DNA from: a virus | Lineage: Duplodnaviria > Caudoviricetes | DNA length: 56,714 nucleotides | Direction: 5' to 3' (one strand) | IMG/VR virus record: IMGVR_UViG_3300045741_000168 | Coordinates: 1-56,714 of that record | Part shown: positions 46,793 to 55,400 of the stretch, piece after piece | How the letters are laid out: each line of letters starts with the position of its first letter | Numbering within the stretch: the first letter of the stretch is position 1 | Program-made: the position numbers and the translations under genes | Notes under the pieces: generated by a model | What the model saw: only the letters and a program-made list of their open reading frames with translations | Told to the model about the DNA's origin: nothing | The model's database searches: none

Positions 46793-47383
46793 TTAAGCAA
46801 CAGCTTTCAATACTTCAACTTCTTCCCACTTGGTAACAACAAACTTCCCATATGGCCCTTTTGTTGCTGGCCTGAAGTCTCCTAGCCCGATACGCTTCCC
46901 AGCATCATCGACAATCATTCTGAAAATCTTTGCTCCGGCAATAGACGTATCAAGATCGACAAGGAATTCCAGCGCCCAGTCATCGAACATAGGCCGATGA
47001 GCCAAGATTCGGCCACCAGTCGATGGGATGCGTACAGCGCGTGTATCGACCTTCCACGGCTGCTTTGTAATCAGTGTGATCTCAGCGCCTTCGATATCGA
47101 CGCAGGCATACAGGTGACTACTCTTGCTGGTGGTTAGTTGAGTCTTGCCAGCTTTGTGAAACCGTCCGCCCTCTACAAGGCACCGCATTAGATTAGGCTG
47201 AGGGATCATAGGTTTACCATCCAACCCGATATATAGCTTGCTCTCTGCAATCTCTAGCGGTGTTCCACGATCCTGTGCGGCTCCCGATCCACGAGTTCCA
47301 TTCGTTGCTGATTCCGCTGCTGCATCGGTAAACTTGTTGCAGATCAGCGGTGTTGTACCTTCGATTCTGATTGATAGTTTCAT
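46793..47383 (-). CDS. RAMP/Cas7-like protein (Vipr-like candidate effector)
   Basis: N-terminal strand IRIEGTTPLI, PMIPQPNLMRCLVEGG, HRPMFDDW, C-terminal Gly-rich loop AGKRIGLGDFRP...GPYGKF; flanked by pentamer arrays. Confidence 0.7.
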   Translation of the reverse strand: MKLSIRIEGTTPLICNKFTDAAAESATNGTRGSGAAQDRGTPLEIAESKLYIGLDGKPMIPQPNLMRCLVEGGRFHKAGKTQLTTSKSSHLYACVDIEGAEITLITKQPWKVDTRAVRIPSTGGRILAHRPMFDDWALEFLVDLDTSIAGAKIFRMIVDDAGKRIGLGDFRPATKGPYGKFVVTKWEEVEVLKAVA

Positions 47384-47399
47384 AATTCCTCTTTAGTTA

Positions 47400-47544
47400 A
47401 AGCCTTGCCTATCCTTGCAGCGCTCGGCATTACCATGCAGGGCCCGGCAATACATTGCGTCGCCTCGCCGACCATTGCCCCACCGAGCAATGCTGTGCAG
47501 CGCCGGGCACTACCACGCCGGGCAAAGCCCGGCATTACCATGCC
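47400..47544 (-). ncRNA. Upstream (G/T)GY-NN pentamer array (29 units), candidate guide RNA
   Basis: 29 consecutive in-phase pentamers, all with G at position 2 and 27 with a pyrimidine at position 3. Confidence 0.8.
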
Positions 47545-47546
47545 AT

Positions 47547-47996
47547 CTAATTAAAAGGTATATCGTCATCCATATCGCCGAATGGCGGAGGATCGTTCTC
47601 GGTGTATGCCCTCTTGGGAGCTGACTTTGCAGCAACCCGATCAGACACTCGTGCAGGAGACCTCGGGGGAGACGCAACCCTGTTGGCCTTGATCCGCAAA
47701 CCGCCAGTAACTTTGCCACCGTACGAGATAGATGGGTCTGTGTAGAGCACAACTTCCTGGCCCTTCCAGTCGTCAGTCTCATCAGAGTTCAGGGCGTTGG
47801 CGATCAAATTCATGTTGGTCGGGTTGAGCACCATGCCCTTGTCGAATTCCTTGAAGTAAATCACGTACTTCATTTCCTCAGAATCGCCATCACGTGCAAC
47901 GTTTTCCACTTTGACGCCACGAATAGTGACAATGTAATCTTCTTCCACATCAGCCTGTTTCAGGTATTTGCTCGGCATCATTTTGCTTATCTTCAT
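47547..47996 (-). CDS. Single-stranded DNA-binding protein-like
   Basis: SKYLKQAD, LNPTN, acidic tail DDDIPF. Confidence 0.7.
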   Translation of the reverse strand: MKISKMMPSKYLKQADVEEDYIVTIRGVKVENVARDGDSEEMKYVIYFKEFDKGMVLNPTNMNLIANALNSDETDDWKGQEVVLYTDPSISYGGKVTGGLRIKANRVASPPRSPARVSDRVAAKSAPKRAYTENDPPPFGDMDDDIPFN

Positions 47997-48100
47997 GTTC
48001 CAGTTCCTGTTTGAGTAAAGTGCAGGGTTTTGAATAGACCCTGCGAACTATAGTGGCGGCCAACCAAGGAGTCCAACGTCACATAACCAGCCGCCAATCC

Positions 48101-48292
48101 CTAAAGCCACAGCATCGATACTGCGATTAATCCAATCACGATTAGCCAGATATAAACCAACCCGTGATGCTTCGGCCTTTTATAGCCGTAAATAGATATT
48201 GCATCCATTACGCTGTCTTTCATTCTGTCCTGGCAATATCCCCAGCGAAAAGGATAATGCAGAAAGTCCTTATTCGACATATCGATTGGCAA
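48101..48292 (-). CDS. Small membrane protein
   Basis: C-terminal hydrophobic helix. Confidence 0.45.
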   Translation of the reverse strand: MPIDMSNKDFLHYPFRWGYCQDRMKDSVMDAISIYGYKRPKHHGLVYIWLIVIGLIAVSMLWL

Positions 48293-48551
48293 GGCCCCTC
48301 CATTGTTTATTTTGGTCTAACGACTTATGCAGACTATATTGAGTGCTCAAAGCCATTTCTATAGTAACTCCTGCACAAGTCCAGTAATTCCCGGTCCAGA
48401 AGCTGAACATAACATTTCCCTTCTTTCGCCGCTTCACCTGATATATTCCAGGATATGTTGGTTTGATATAATAATCGAACCATTCCGTTGTTATTCCTTT
48501 ACTGACAAGGCCAGCCGGTTTCAACAATGAGTGCGGCAATGGATTAGTCAT
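48270..48551 (-). CDS. Hypothetical protein (paralogue of the upstream gene)
   Basis: TEWF...KPTYPGIYQV...W...WRG. Confidence 0.6.
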   Translation of the reverse strand: MTNPLPHSLLKPAGLVSKGITTEWFDYYIKPTYPGIYQVKRRKKGNVMFSFWTGNYWTCAGVTIEMALSTQYSLHKSLDQNKQWRGLANRYVE

Positions 48552-48795
48552 TCATTATTCCTCTCCACATTAGTATCTGATCTTTTTCGTCGCCATCGAA
48601 AGCGAAATATGGTCCTTCCGATAATACTTTGTGTTTCGTATACGTACCCCAATAGCCGCTCCAGTAACACCAATATATCGATGCCCCGAAATAATGTGGT
48701 GCTTTATATGGACGCACCAAGGCTTTTACTTGGTACAGACCGTGATGCACCGGCTTTACCTTTGCCTGAAACCAAGGCGTCATCCGATGTATCAT
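48544..48795 (-). CDS. Hypothetical protein
   Basis: TPWF...KPVHHGLYQV...W...WRG. Confidence 0.6.
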   Translation of the reverse strand: MIHRMTPWFQAKVKPVHHGLYQVKALVRPYKAPHYFGASIYWCYWSGYWGTYTKHKVLSEGPYFAFDGDEKDQILMWRGIMND

Positions 48796-49142
48796 GCAGC
48801 CTCCTCATCTCGATAGCCCCACGACATACGATCATGGAGTTGAAGTAGCTCATCTTCCCATCGTTCGATGATATGCTCTTGCAGCACATCCTCCGGATGC
48901 TTGCACCAGACCCCATTGATGAGCGCGCCAGTGATGAACAGTTCTGCCGGCTCACCTTCTTCCGGCGTGTCTAGGCTGTAGCATGGCTCGGAACCTGGGT
49001 GAAATTCGTACTCTACCAGGAACTCTACTTCCCCAGCCCGTAACACGTACATTTCACGGTTTGGATCAGTCGGGTACAGGCTTGTGCCCTCGTACTGAGC
49101 CAGCCTCTCTTTGTCTGTGCCGTATGCCATGATGGACCCCAT
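48792..49142 (-). CDS. Hypothetical acidic protein
   Basis: ATGA-coupled to the downstream gene. Confidence 0.55.
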   Translation of the reverse strand: MGSIMAYGTDKERLAQYEGTSLYPTDPNREMYVLRAGEVEFLVEYEFHPGSEPCYSLDTPEEGEPAELFITGALINGVWCKHPEDVLQEHIIERWEDELLQLHDRMSWGYRDEEAA

Positions 49143-49174
49143 GTGTTGCTGACACTGTGGATTATAGTCGATGG

Positions 49175-49495
49175 TTAGACGATGCCAATATCCTTATCTG
49201 TAACATCGGTAACAATACGTAACACTATCATCGCATGCTCGCATTGGTGTAGAATAGGATATGAGATTGGTTGTTCGTTAGGGCATTTGGGGCGTCTGAA
49301 GTAGCTGCACTCGGCGCAGGAGACACGAGGATCGATATCACGATCACGGCGCACCAGCCGATCAGCGAGGGCCGACGCGCGGTGGTCTGGAAGCAAGTTG
49401 TTCAGAAATAGTCGTTCACGAGCCAAGAACAAGTCGATCTCTGCGGTGTTCATCGCCTCGCTATGGGGCCAACAAAAGCGGTCTGGATTTAACAT
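49175..49495 (-). CDS. Hypothetical protein with Cys motif
   Basis: CWPHSEAMNTAEI...LADRLVRRDRD..CAEC. Confidence 0.55.
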   Translation of the reverse strand: MLNPDRFCWPHSEAMNTAEIDLFLARERLFLNNLLPDHRASALADRLVRRDRDIDPRVSCAECSYFRRPKCPNEQPISYPILHQCEHAMIVLRIVTDVTDKDIGIV

Positions 49496-49506
49496 AGGAG
49501 AAAAAT

Positions 49507-49764
49507 ATGGTTGACCTCAATGCTTCCGTAAAGGAAATGAAAGATGGTCGAGTAGCTATAGCAATAAAACTAGCGTCTGGCATAGAAGGTAGACTAGATG
49601 GTGCCAGTGAACGTGCTCAGGCATTGGCCCTGTTACGTCTTATATTCAATGAACTTAGGCGGCTAGGATGTAGCGATGCAGGAGTAGAAGTGTTCATTTC
49701 TGCTGTAGCAAGATCAGTATTGATCGACAAGTACGATTTGGCCACCTTGTGGGGCATAGGATGA
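49507..49764 (+). CDS. Hypothetical protein
   Basis: AGGAG RBS; first gene of the rightward operon. Confidence 0.6.
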   Translation: MVDLNASVKEMKDGRVAIAIKLASGIEGRLDGASERAQALALLRLIFNELRRLGCSDAGVEVFISAVARSVLIDKYDLATLWGIG

Positions 49765-50333
49765 AGTACATGATTACACCATTGTCAGCCGTGGTGCATG
49801 GCGTAGATGAGTCTGCGATCTTTGGTGAGTATCGTACCATCGTTAGCATCGAAGATGATGGTGACGGTATTTACATACAACTGGATCAGGATAAGGAGAA
49901 TCGGCCAGGAAGAATTAAGCTCAACGGACTCGAAGAACTACACAAAGTAGTCGAAGCAGCGACCAAGCTGATGAAGGCTCACGAGAAGCCCGCTGAGATC
50001 GTAGAGACCGATGACTACAAGTGCCCGAACTGTCCTGCTGAGAAGCTGGTGGAGTTGTACCATAAACAATTGCCTGAACTGCCTAGAATTGTAGATATGT
50101 CATCGACCAGACTGAAACATTTGGCCGCACGATGGAGACAAGTTGTTGCTGAAGAAAAGATGACGCGCCAGGAAGGTTTGAATTGGTGGGTAAAGTTCTT
50201 TGGCATGGTCAAAGAGTCCCCGTTCTTGATGGGCACCAACAATCAGAACTGGCGCGCCAGCCTGGACTGGCTCATCGTACAGGACAACTTTCTCAAGGTG
50301 ATCGAAAGGAAATATCACCGTGAAGTTTCGTGA
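49761..50333 (+). CDS. Protein with phage replication-initiator C-terminal-like domain
   Basis: CPAEKLVELYHKQLPELP...ESPFLMG...WRASLDWLI...NFLKVIERKY. Confidence 0.6.
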   Translation: MKYMITPLSAVVHGVDESAIFGEYRTIVSIEDDGDGIYIQLDQDKENRPGRIKLNGLEELHKVVEAATKLMKAHEKPAEIVETDDYKCPNCPAEKLVELYHKQLPELPRIVDMSSTRLKHLAARWRQVVAEEKMTRQEGLNWWVKFFGMVKESPFLMGTNNQNWRASLDWLIVQDNFLKVIERKYHREVS

Positions 50334-51001
50334 TGGCTGAGAAAGTAACAATCGGGAACGCGGAACTGTGGCACGGGGACTGCCGCGATGTACTGCCACT
50401 ACTGCCGAAGCATGACCTGCTACTGACTGACCCGCCGTATGGCATTGGCACTGGAGCTGCATCAGTTGGCAGGGGTGCGAAGCTGTGGGGCGCACAGGAT
50501 TGGGATTTGGTGATTGCCAATGACGCTGTGCAGCTATCGCTTTCAAAGGCTGGGACGGCGATTGTTTGGGGTGGCAATTACTACCCGCTTCCGCCTTCTC
50601 GGTGTTGGCTTCTCTGGGACAAAAAGCAATCGGATGCTTGGTATTCAACGGCTCACTTCGAGATGGCTTGGACGAACATGAACAAGAACTCCCACGCATT
50701 CCGAATGTCGCGAGTAGAGGCGCACACAGGGATGAACAAGGAGCACCCTTCGCAGAAGCCTTTACGACTGATGTCGTGGTGCATCGACCAAGCGGGCCGT
50801 CCTGGCGTTGTGCTTGACCCTTTTATGGGCAGCGGCACAACCGGCGTTGCCTGCGCCCAGCTTGGCAAAGCCTTCACAGGCATCGAACGCGAGCGCAAGT
50901 ATTTCGACATTGCCTGCGAGCGCATCAGCCGCAGCCAGGCACAGGGCAAGTTAATACCACATGAATCAGCGATAAATCAGATACAGGAACCATTGTTATG
51001 A
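50330..51001 (+). CDS. N6-adenine/N4-cytosine DNA methyltransferase (beta class)
   Basis: TDPPYG, HPSQKP, VLDPFMGSGTT. Confidence 0.9.
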   Translation: MMAEKVTIGNAELWHGDCRDVLPLLPKHDLLLTDPPYGIGTGAASVGRGAKLWGAQDWDLVIANDAVQLSLSKAGTAIVWGGNYYPLPPSRCWLLWDKKQSDAWYSTAHFEMAWTNMNKNSHAFRMSRVEAHTGMNKEHPSQKPLRLMSWCIDQAGRPGVVLDPFMGSGTTGVACAQLGKAFTGIERERKYFDIACERISRSQAQGKLIPHESAINQIQEPLL

Positions 51002-51402
51002 AGTTTCGTGAAGCACTGGAGAAGAAAGAAGAATCGGCTGATGACCGCATGTGTCGGGCCAGTGGATGCCCGAACCGATGGAGCGTGAGTATCGATGGCA
51101 AATTATGCCAGTGGCACGCATTCGCAGAGATGATCGACTGGCCGCGTATCACTCGTGAGCAGATCGACAACGAAGCGGCACGGATCCGAAAGTCTGTCGC
51201 ACCGAAACAACCGCAGCATCAATACACTCGGGAAGAAAAGAAGGAAATACTGCGCAAGTTGCCTGCTGCGGCGAAGGAATTGAAGCTGGAAACGGCCAGG
51301 CTTGGATGGGCGTATCAGCTACGGGCGCGTGACGAAGCCGGGGAAGCTCTTACACCGTACCAACGTACAGCATGGCGCGAAGCATTGAGGAGGATTGAAT
51401 GA
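50998..51402 (+). CDS. Hypothetical protein
   Basis: CRASGCP...CQWH; WAYQLRAR...AWREAL. Confidence 0.6.
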   Translation: MKFREALEKKEESADDRMCRASGCPNRWSVSIDGKLCQWHAFAEMIDWPRITREQIDNEAARIRKSVAPKQPQHQYTREEKKEILRKLPAAAKELKLETARLGWAYQLRARDEAGEALTPYQRTAWREALRRIE

Positions 51403-51650
51403 AGAATAACAAATTTCATCGATGGTTCGTTTCGCAGCACTTGGATCGTCCATCAAAGCTGGAAATAAGCGAGCTAATGGACGCGATGAGCGCCAAGCAA
51501 AAAGAAGTAGATGCACTTGCCAGACTAATCCGCGAATGTCAGGACTGGCATATCCAATACAAAAGTGCGCTACTCGCATGGAAGGCAAGAGCGTATGAAG
51601 ATGCGCTACACCTATGGAACGAAAGAAAGCATGAAGATGAGAAAGATTAG
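51399..51650 (+). CDS. Hypothetical protein
   Basis: ATGA-coupled. Confidence 0.5.
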   Translation: MKNNKFHRWFVSQHLDRPSKLEISELMDAMSAKQKEVDALARLIRECQDWHIQYKSALLAWKARAYEDALHLWNERKHEDEKD

Positions 51651-51870
51651 AAATATGAATGAAAAAATCTGTCGTGAGTGTGGTAAGACAGAAAGAGATC
51701 ATCACGAATTCGATCCGATGATGCCTGATCCACGTTGTATGTGCGATCCTAGAGACTGGTTCGATGATGGAATAACAAGGATTTGCCCAGAATTCACGCC
51801 ACGCGACGAAGATCAAGAACAAGATGGGCGTTGTAAAGTATGCGAACATGTCGAGGCTTGCCACGGCTGA
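51631..51870 (+). CDS. Small Cys/His-rich protein
   Basis: CRECG, CMC, CKVCEH. Confidence 0.5.
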   Translation: MKMRKIRNMNEKICRECGKTERDHHEFDPMMPDPRCMCDPRDWFDDGITRICPEFTPRDEDQEQDGRCKVCEHVEACHG

Positions 51871-52266
51871 ATGAAGCAGACCTTCTACATGGCCCATGCT
51901 GAGGCTCGCAGGAACGCCATAGAAGCCGTCAGAAACGCGCCTGAAGGCTACAAAGTCACCATCGACTCACCAAGGCGCACTGACCCAGAGAATCGTCTCA
52001 TGCACGCTCTGATAGGCGAGGTTGCAGCGGCCAAGGTATGGGATGGGAAGCGCCTGCCGATGGAAGTCTGGAAGCGCCTGCTCGTTGCAGCTTGGTGCCG
52101 GGCAAGTGGTGAACCTGCTGAGATGTACCGATCCTTGGACGGTCAAGGCATAGATATTGTGCCGAAACGCACAGGAAAGCTCACAAAGAAGGAATGTGCA
52201 GACCTTATAGAGTTTATTTACGCCTGGGGCGCAGAAAATGGAGTAAACTGGTCTGTGGACATATAA
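51871..52266 (+). CDS. ninB: NinB recombination protein
   Basis: RRTDPENRLMHAL, WKRLL, TGKLTKKECADLIEFIYAWGAE. Confidence 0.85.
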   Translation: MKQTFYMAHAEARRNAIEAVRNAPEGYKVTIDSPRRTDPENRLMHALIGEVAAAKVWDGKRLPMEVWKRLLVAAWCRASGEPAEMYRSLDGQGIDIVPKRTGKLTKKECADLIEFIYAWGAENGVNWSVDI

Positions 52267-52282
52267 TTGCCGGAAAAATTTT

Positions 52283-52564
52283 GTGAAAAGTAAAAACTCT
52301 AAGGCGATTTCACATGCAGAGTCAAGGCACATGCAGAGGGTCAAAGAATTACCCTGTTCAGTATGCGATTCTCCAGGTCCGAGCGACGCGCACCATATCA
52401 ACCAGGGTCAGCACTGGACTGTAGTGGCATTGTGCAAGGACTGTCATCAGCATTCATTTCATGGATGGCATGGGCAAAGATGGGCATGGCAATTGCGCAA
52501 AATGGATGAACTTGATGCTTTGGCAATTACGATAAAGCGGATAATTGGAGATAAATATGATTAA
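52283..52564 (+). CDS. Ref/HNH-like Zn-binding protein
   Basis: LPCSVC...DAHH...LCKDCH. Confidence 0.65.
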   Translation: MKSKNSKAISHAESRHMQRVKELPCSVCDSPGPSDAHHINQGQHWTVVALCKDCHQHSFHGWHGQRWAWQLRKMDELDALAITIKRIIGDKYD

Positions 52565-52988
52565 ACCGTGGCTTAGTTTCACTGTTCCTGGTGTTGCAGT
52601 TGCAAAGGGCCGAGCGCGAGTGGTCAAGGGCCACGCTTATACGCCTGAGAAAACAAAGACCTATGGCGATACTGTTGGCTGGATCGCCAGGGATGCGATG
52701 GGTAAGATCGGGCGGCAGCTTACTTTGGAGCCTGTTTATGTCGAGATCGACATTGGAGTTCCAATTCCAAAAGGCTTTGGAGTAAAACGCCGTGCGGCGG
52801 CTCTGTCTGGGGAGTTACATCCCACGCAGAAGCCTGACCTGGATAACATCATCAAATCGATCTATGACTCGATGAACAAGATCGCGTACAAGGATGATGC
52901 CCAGATCGTCAAAACGCTCGTAAAGAAGATATACGCTCCTGAACCATATGCGGAAGTGCGTGTATGGCGCATGATTGATCTAGTATGA
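52557..52988 (+). CDS. rusA: RusA Holliday junction resolvase
   Basis: KGRAR, YTPEKT, KPDLDNIIKSIYD, DDAQIV. Confidence 0.9.
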   Translation: MIKPWLSFTVPGVAVAKGRARVVKGHAYTPEKTKTYGDTVGWIARDAMGKIGRQLTLEPVYVEIDIGVPIPKGFGVKRRAAALSGELHPTQKPDLDNIIKSIYDSMNKIAYKDDAQIVKTLVKKIYAPEPYAEVRVWRMIDLV

Positions 52989-53833
52989 AGTCTGTTCTCG
53001 TAACAGGTGGCGCGGGGTTCTGGGGGTTTGGATTTGCCAGGGCCGCTCTGGACTTGCAGTGTGTTCAGCGAATCTGTATCTATAGCCGAGGTGAACACGC
53101 ACAGCATTTAATGCGACAACATCTTGGTAATAATCCATTGCTGCGATTCTTTATCGGGGATGTGCGGGATAAAGACAGGCTGCTCAGGGCCATGCACGAG
53201 GTCGATGTGGTGGTTCATGCAGCGGCGCTGAAGAGGGTGGAGGTGGGAGAGTACGACTCAGGTGAGATAGCCAAGACCAATGTTGGTGGGACACAATTTG
53301 TTATCGAAGCTGCTCAGGAAACTGGAGTACGAAAATGTGTGCTCATCAGTAGCGACAAGGCTTGTGAGCCAAGGAACTGCTACGGAGCGTCGAAGTTAAT
53401 GGCTGAGAAGCTGTTTCTGTCGGCCAATAACTCTCGCGGCCAAACTGGTCCGATATTTTCTGTCGTGAGATATGGAAATGTGGCCGGCAGCACAGGATCG
53501 GTAATCCCCACATGGTCACGTGAGCATGAGCAAGGCCGTCCAGTAAGACTTACTCACCCCGACGCCACACGATTCTGGATGACTCGTAAAGAGGCTGTAG
53601 GCTTGGTGATGCGGACAATCGACACGATGAAAGGTGGAGAACTGGTAATTCCAGAGCTACCGGCGTACAGATTGGCTGATTTGGCTACAGCAATGGGAGT
53701 GGAATATAACGTTCATGGACTGAATCCGGGAGAGAAAATGCACGAGTCGATGAAACATGGCGAGACAAGTAACGATGCGAGACGCATGACAATCAGCGAG
53801 ATTCGTGAACAACTGAAGGTGATTTATGCTTAG
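52985..53833 (+). CDS. pseB: UDP-GlcNAc 4,6-dehydratase (inverting)
   Basis: VTGGAGFWG, IGDVRD, HAAALKRV, SSDKA, YGASK, RYGNV, TRFW, GEKMHE. Confidence 0.85.
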   Translation: MKSVLVTGGAGFWGFGFARAALDLQCVQRICIYSRGEHAQHLMRQHLGNNPLLRFFIGDVRDKDRLLRAMHEVDVVVHAAALKRVEVGEYDSGEIAKTNVGGTQFVIEAAQETGVRKCVLISSDKACEPRNCYGASKLMAEKLFLSANNSRGQTGPIFSVVRYGNVAGSTGSVIPTWSREHEQGRPVRLTHPDATRFWMTRKEAVGLVMRTIDTMKGGELVIPELPAYRLADLATAMGVEYNVHGLNPGEKMHESMKHGETSNDARRMTISEIREQLKVIYA

Positions 53834-54437
53834 TCCGTTTTGCGTGGTAAAAGATTTCGAGCGCAATCTATGTGAATATACAGGTGCTAAATATGCTGTT
53901 ACCACCACTAGCTGCACACAGGCTATATTGATGGCGTGTGCATATTGGCGGTATAAAGATAAGTCATATGTATGTAAGATGCCAAGACTATCTTATGTTG
54001 GCGTTCCAGCAAGTATTTGTAATGCTGGACATGCAGTCGAATTCAGGAGTGAAAATTGGCAAGGGGAATATGAGATTTTCCCGTTACCGGTCTGGGACAG
54101 CGCGCGCCGGTTCACATCCGATATGTTCAGGCCAGGCCTGATGCAATGCGTAAGTTTTCACGTGAGCAAAATCCTGGGAGATACTCAAGGAGGCGCGATT
54201 CTGCATGATAACGACGAAGCAGATCAGTGGCTAAGACGAGCTAGATTCGATGGCCGCACAGAAGGAGTTGATCCAAAGAACGACCAGGTTCAATATCCGT
54301 CGTGGCACGCTTATATGAGTCCAGATGTTGCAGCTAGGTTGAACTGGAAGTTATCTGTTCTACCAAAGCATAATGCCGATCTACCCAGGAGTGATTACCC
54401 TGATCTGAGTACGTTGAAGGCGTTCCAGAATGACTGA
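53826..54437 (+). CDS. Short DegT/PseC-family PLP aminotransferase
   Basis: FERNLCEYTGAKYAV, DSA, SFHVSKILG..GGA; only 203 aa. Confidence 0.75.
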   Translation: MLSPFCVVKDFERNLCEYTGAKYAVTTTSCTQAILMACAYWRYKDKSYVCKMPRLSYVGVPASICNAGHAVEFRSENWQGEYEIFPLPVWDSARRFTSDMFRPGLMQCVSFHVSKILGDTQGGAILHDNDEADQWLRRARFDGRTEGVDPKNDQVQYPSWHAYMSPDVAARLNWKLSVLPKHNADLPRSDYPDLSTLKAFQND

Positions 54438-54804
54438 GCTTGATCGTCAAATCCGCACCGACATACAGATGCAGGTAGTTGCCCGTGAAAAGGAGATTCA
54501 TCTTCTGTTCAGCGAAGTGTCTGGCGACAAAATGATTCCAGCCTATACCAGTAACTTCCTGCTCAGTGCCTCGGATGCGCTTGCACTCAGCACTTTGCTG
54601 GCGGACTTGGCATATGAAATAGAAACGACTCTGAAGCCGGTTGGGAGCGCGCTCAAGGCTGAACTGATTGAGAAGCACAGGATCAAGATCACCAAGCGAA
54701 TTGAGTTGATGCTCAACAGCACCAGATTCAAAAAGACCGTCTCGAACAGCGTGTTAGCCAAGAAGATGACGGATGTCTCACTGAAAGATGTATTCGATCT
54801 ATGA
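54430..54804 (+). CDS. Hypothetical protein inside the Pse cluster
   Basis: Overlaps both neighbours. Confidence 0.65.
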   Translation: MTELDRQIRTDIQMQVVAREKEIHLLFSEVSGDKMIPAYTSNFLLSASDALALSTLLADLAYEIETTLKPVGSALKAELIEKHRIKITKRIELMLNSTRFKKTVSNSVLAKKMTDVSLKDVFDL

Positions 54805-55400
54805 ATGTTGTAGCAATAATCCCTGCGCGTGGCGGGAGTAAAAGGGTTCCACGCAAAAACGTAAGCCAGTTCCGTGGCCATCCTATGATCTGGTACGCCA
54901 TTCGTGCTGCTCAGGCCGCAAACATTTTCACGAGCATCATTGTTTCGACTGACGACCAGATGATTGCTGATGTGGCAAATTCATATGGCGCAGTAGTCTC
55001 AATGCGCGAGCCTGATGACGGCGTCAGAGGTACACAGGAACTCACAGCAGAGGTTCTGAGGGCGTGCTCCATCGATACTGGACTGGCGTGCTGTATTTAT
55101 CCTTGCGTTCCGATGTTACTGGCGACTGATCTTATCTCAGCGCATCACGAACTGGTAGATGAACATCACGATTACGTTATGTCTATAGATCGGTCTGGAG
55201 CTGACATCGGTATGTTCTATTTCGGCCATGTGGAATGCTTCCTGAAGGACGTTCCTCTGCATGGGGCTGGCACCGCTTACCAAGTGATACCAGACGAGAG
55301 GGCTATCGACATAAATACCCAGGAGGACTGGAAAAGGGCCGAACATATGTACGACTCATTTCTGCATAATCTGATGCTTGACATGAGGGGCCATGTATGA
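54801..55400 (+). CDS. pseF: CMP-pseudaminic acid synthetase (cytidylyltransferase)
   Basis: IIPARGGSKRVPRKN, VSTDD, CIYP, DINTQEDW. Confidence 0.85.
   Translation: MNVVAIIPARGGSKRVPRKNVSQFRGHPMIWYAIRAAQAANIFTSIIVSTDDQMIADVANSYGAVVSMREPDDGVRGTQELTAEVLRACSIDTGLACCIYPCVPMLLATDLISAHHELVDEHHDYVMSIDRSGADIGMFYFGHVECFLKDVPLHGAGTAYQVIPDERAIDINTQEDWKRAEHMYDSFLHNLMLDMRGHV

Noticed and set aside
46675-47544. Calling the pentamer arrays a CRISPR array, TIGR array or microsatellite
   Set aside because: There are no 25-40 nt repeats with spacers, the period is 5 nt, and units are not identical copies: only three of five positions are constrained.
47415-47624. ORFs across the arrays (47415-47624, 46591-46800, 46685-46885)
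   Set aside because: Low-complexity Arg/Pro/Ala translations expected from a stop-poor GC-rich periodic sequence.
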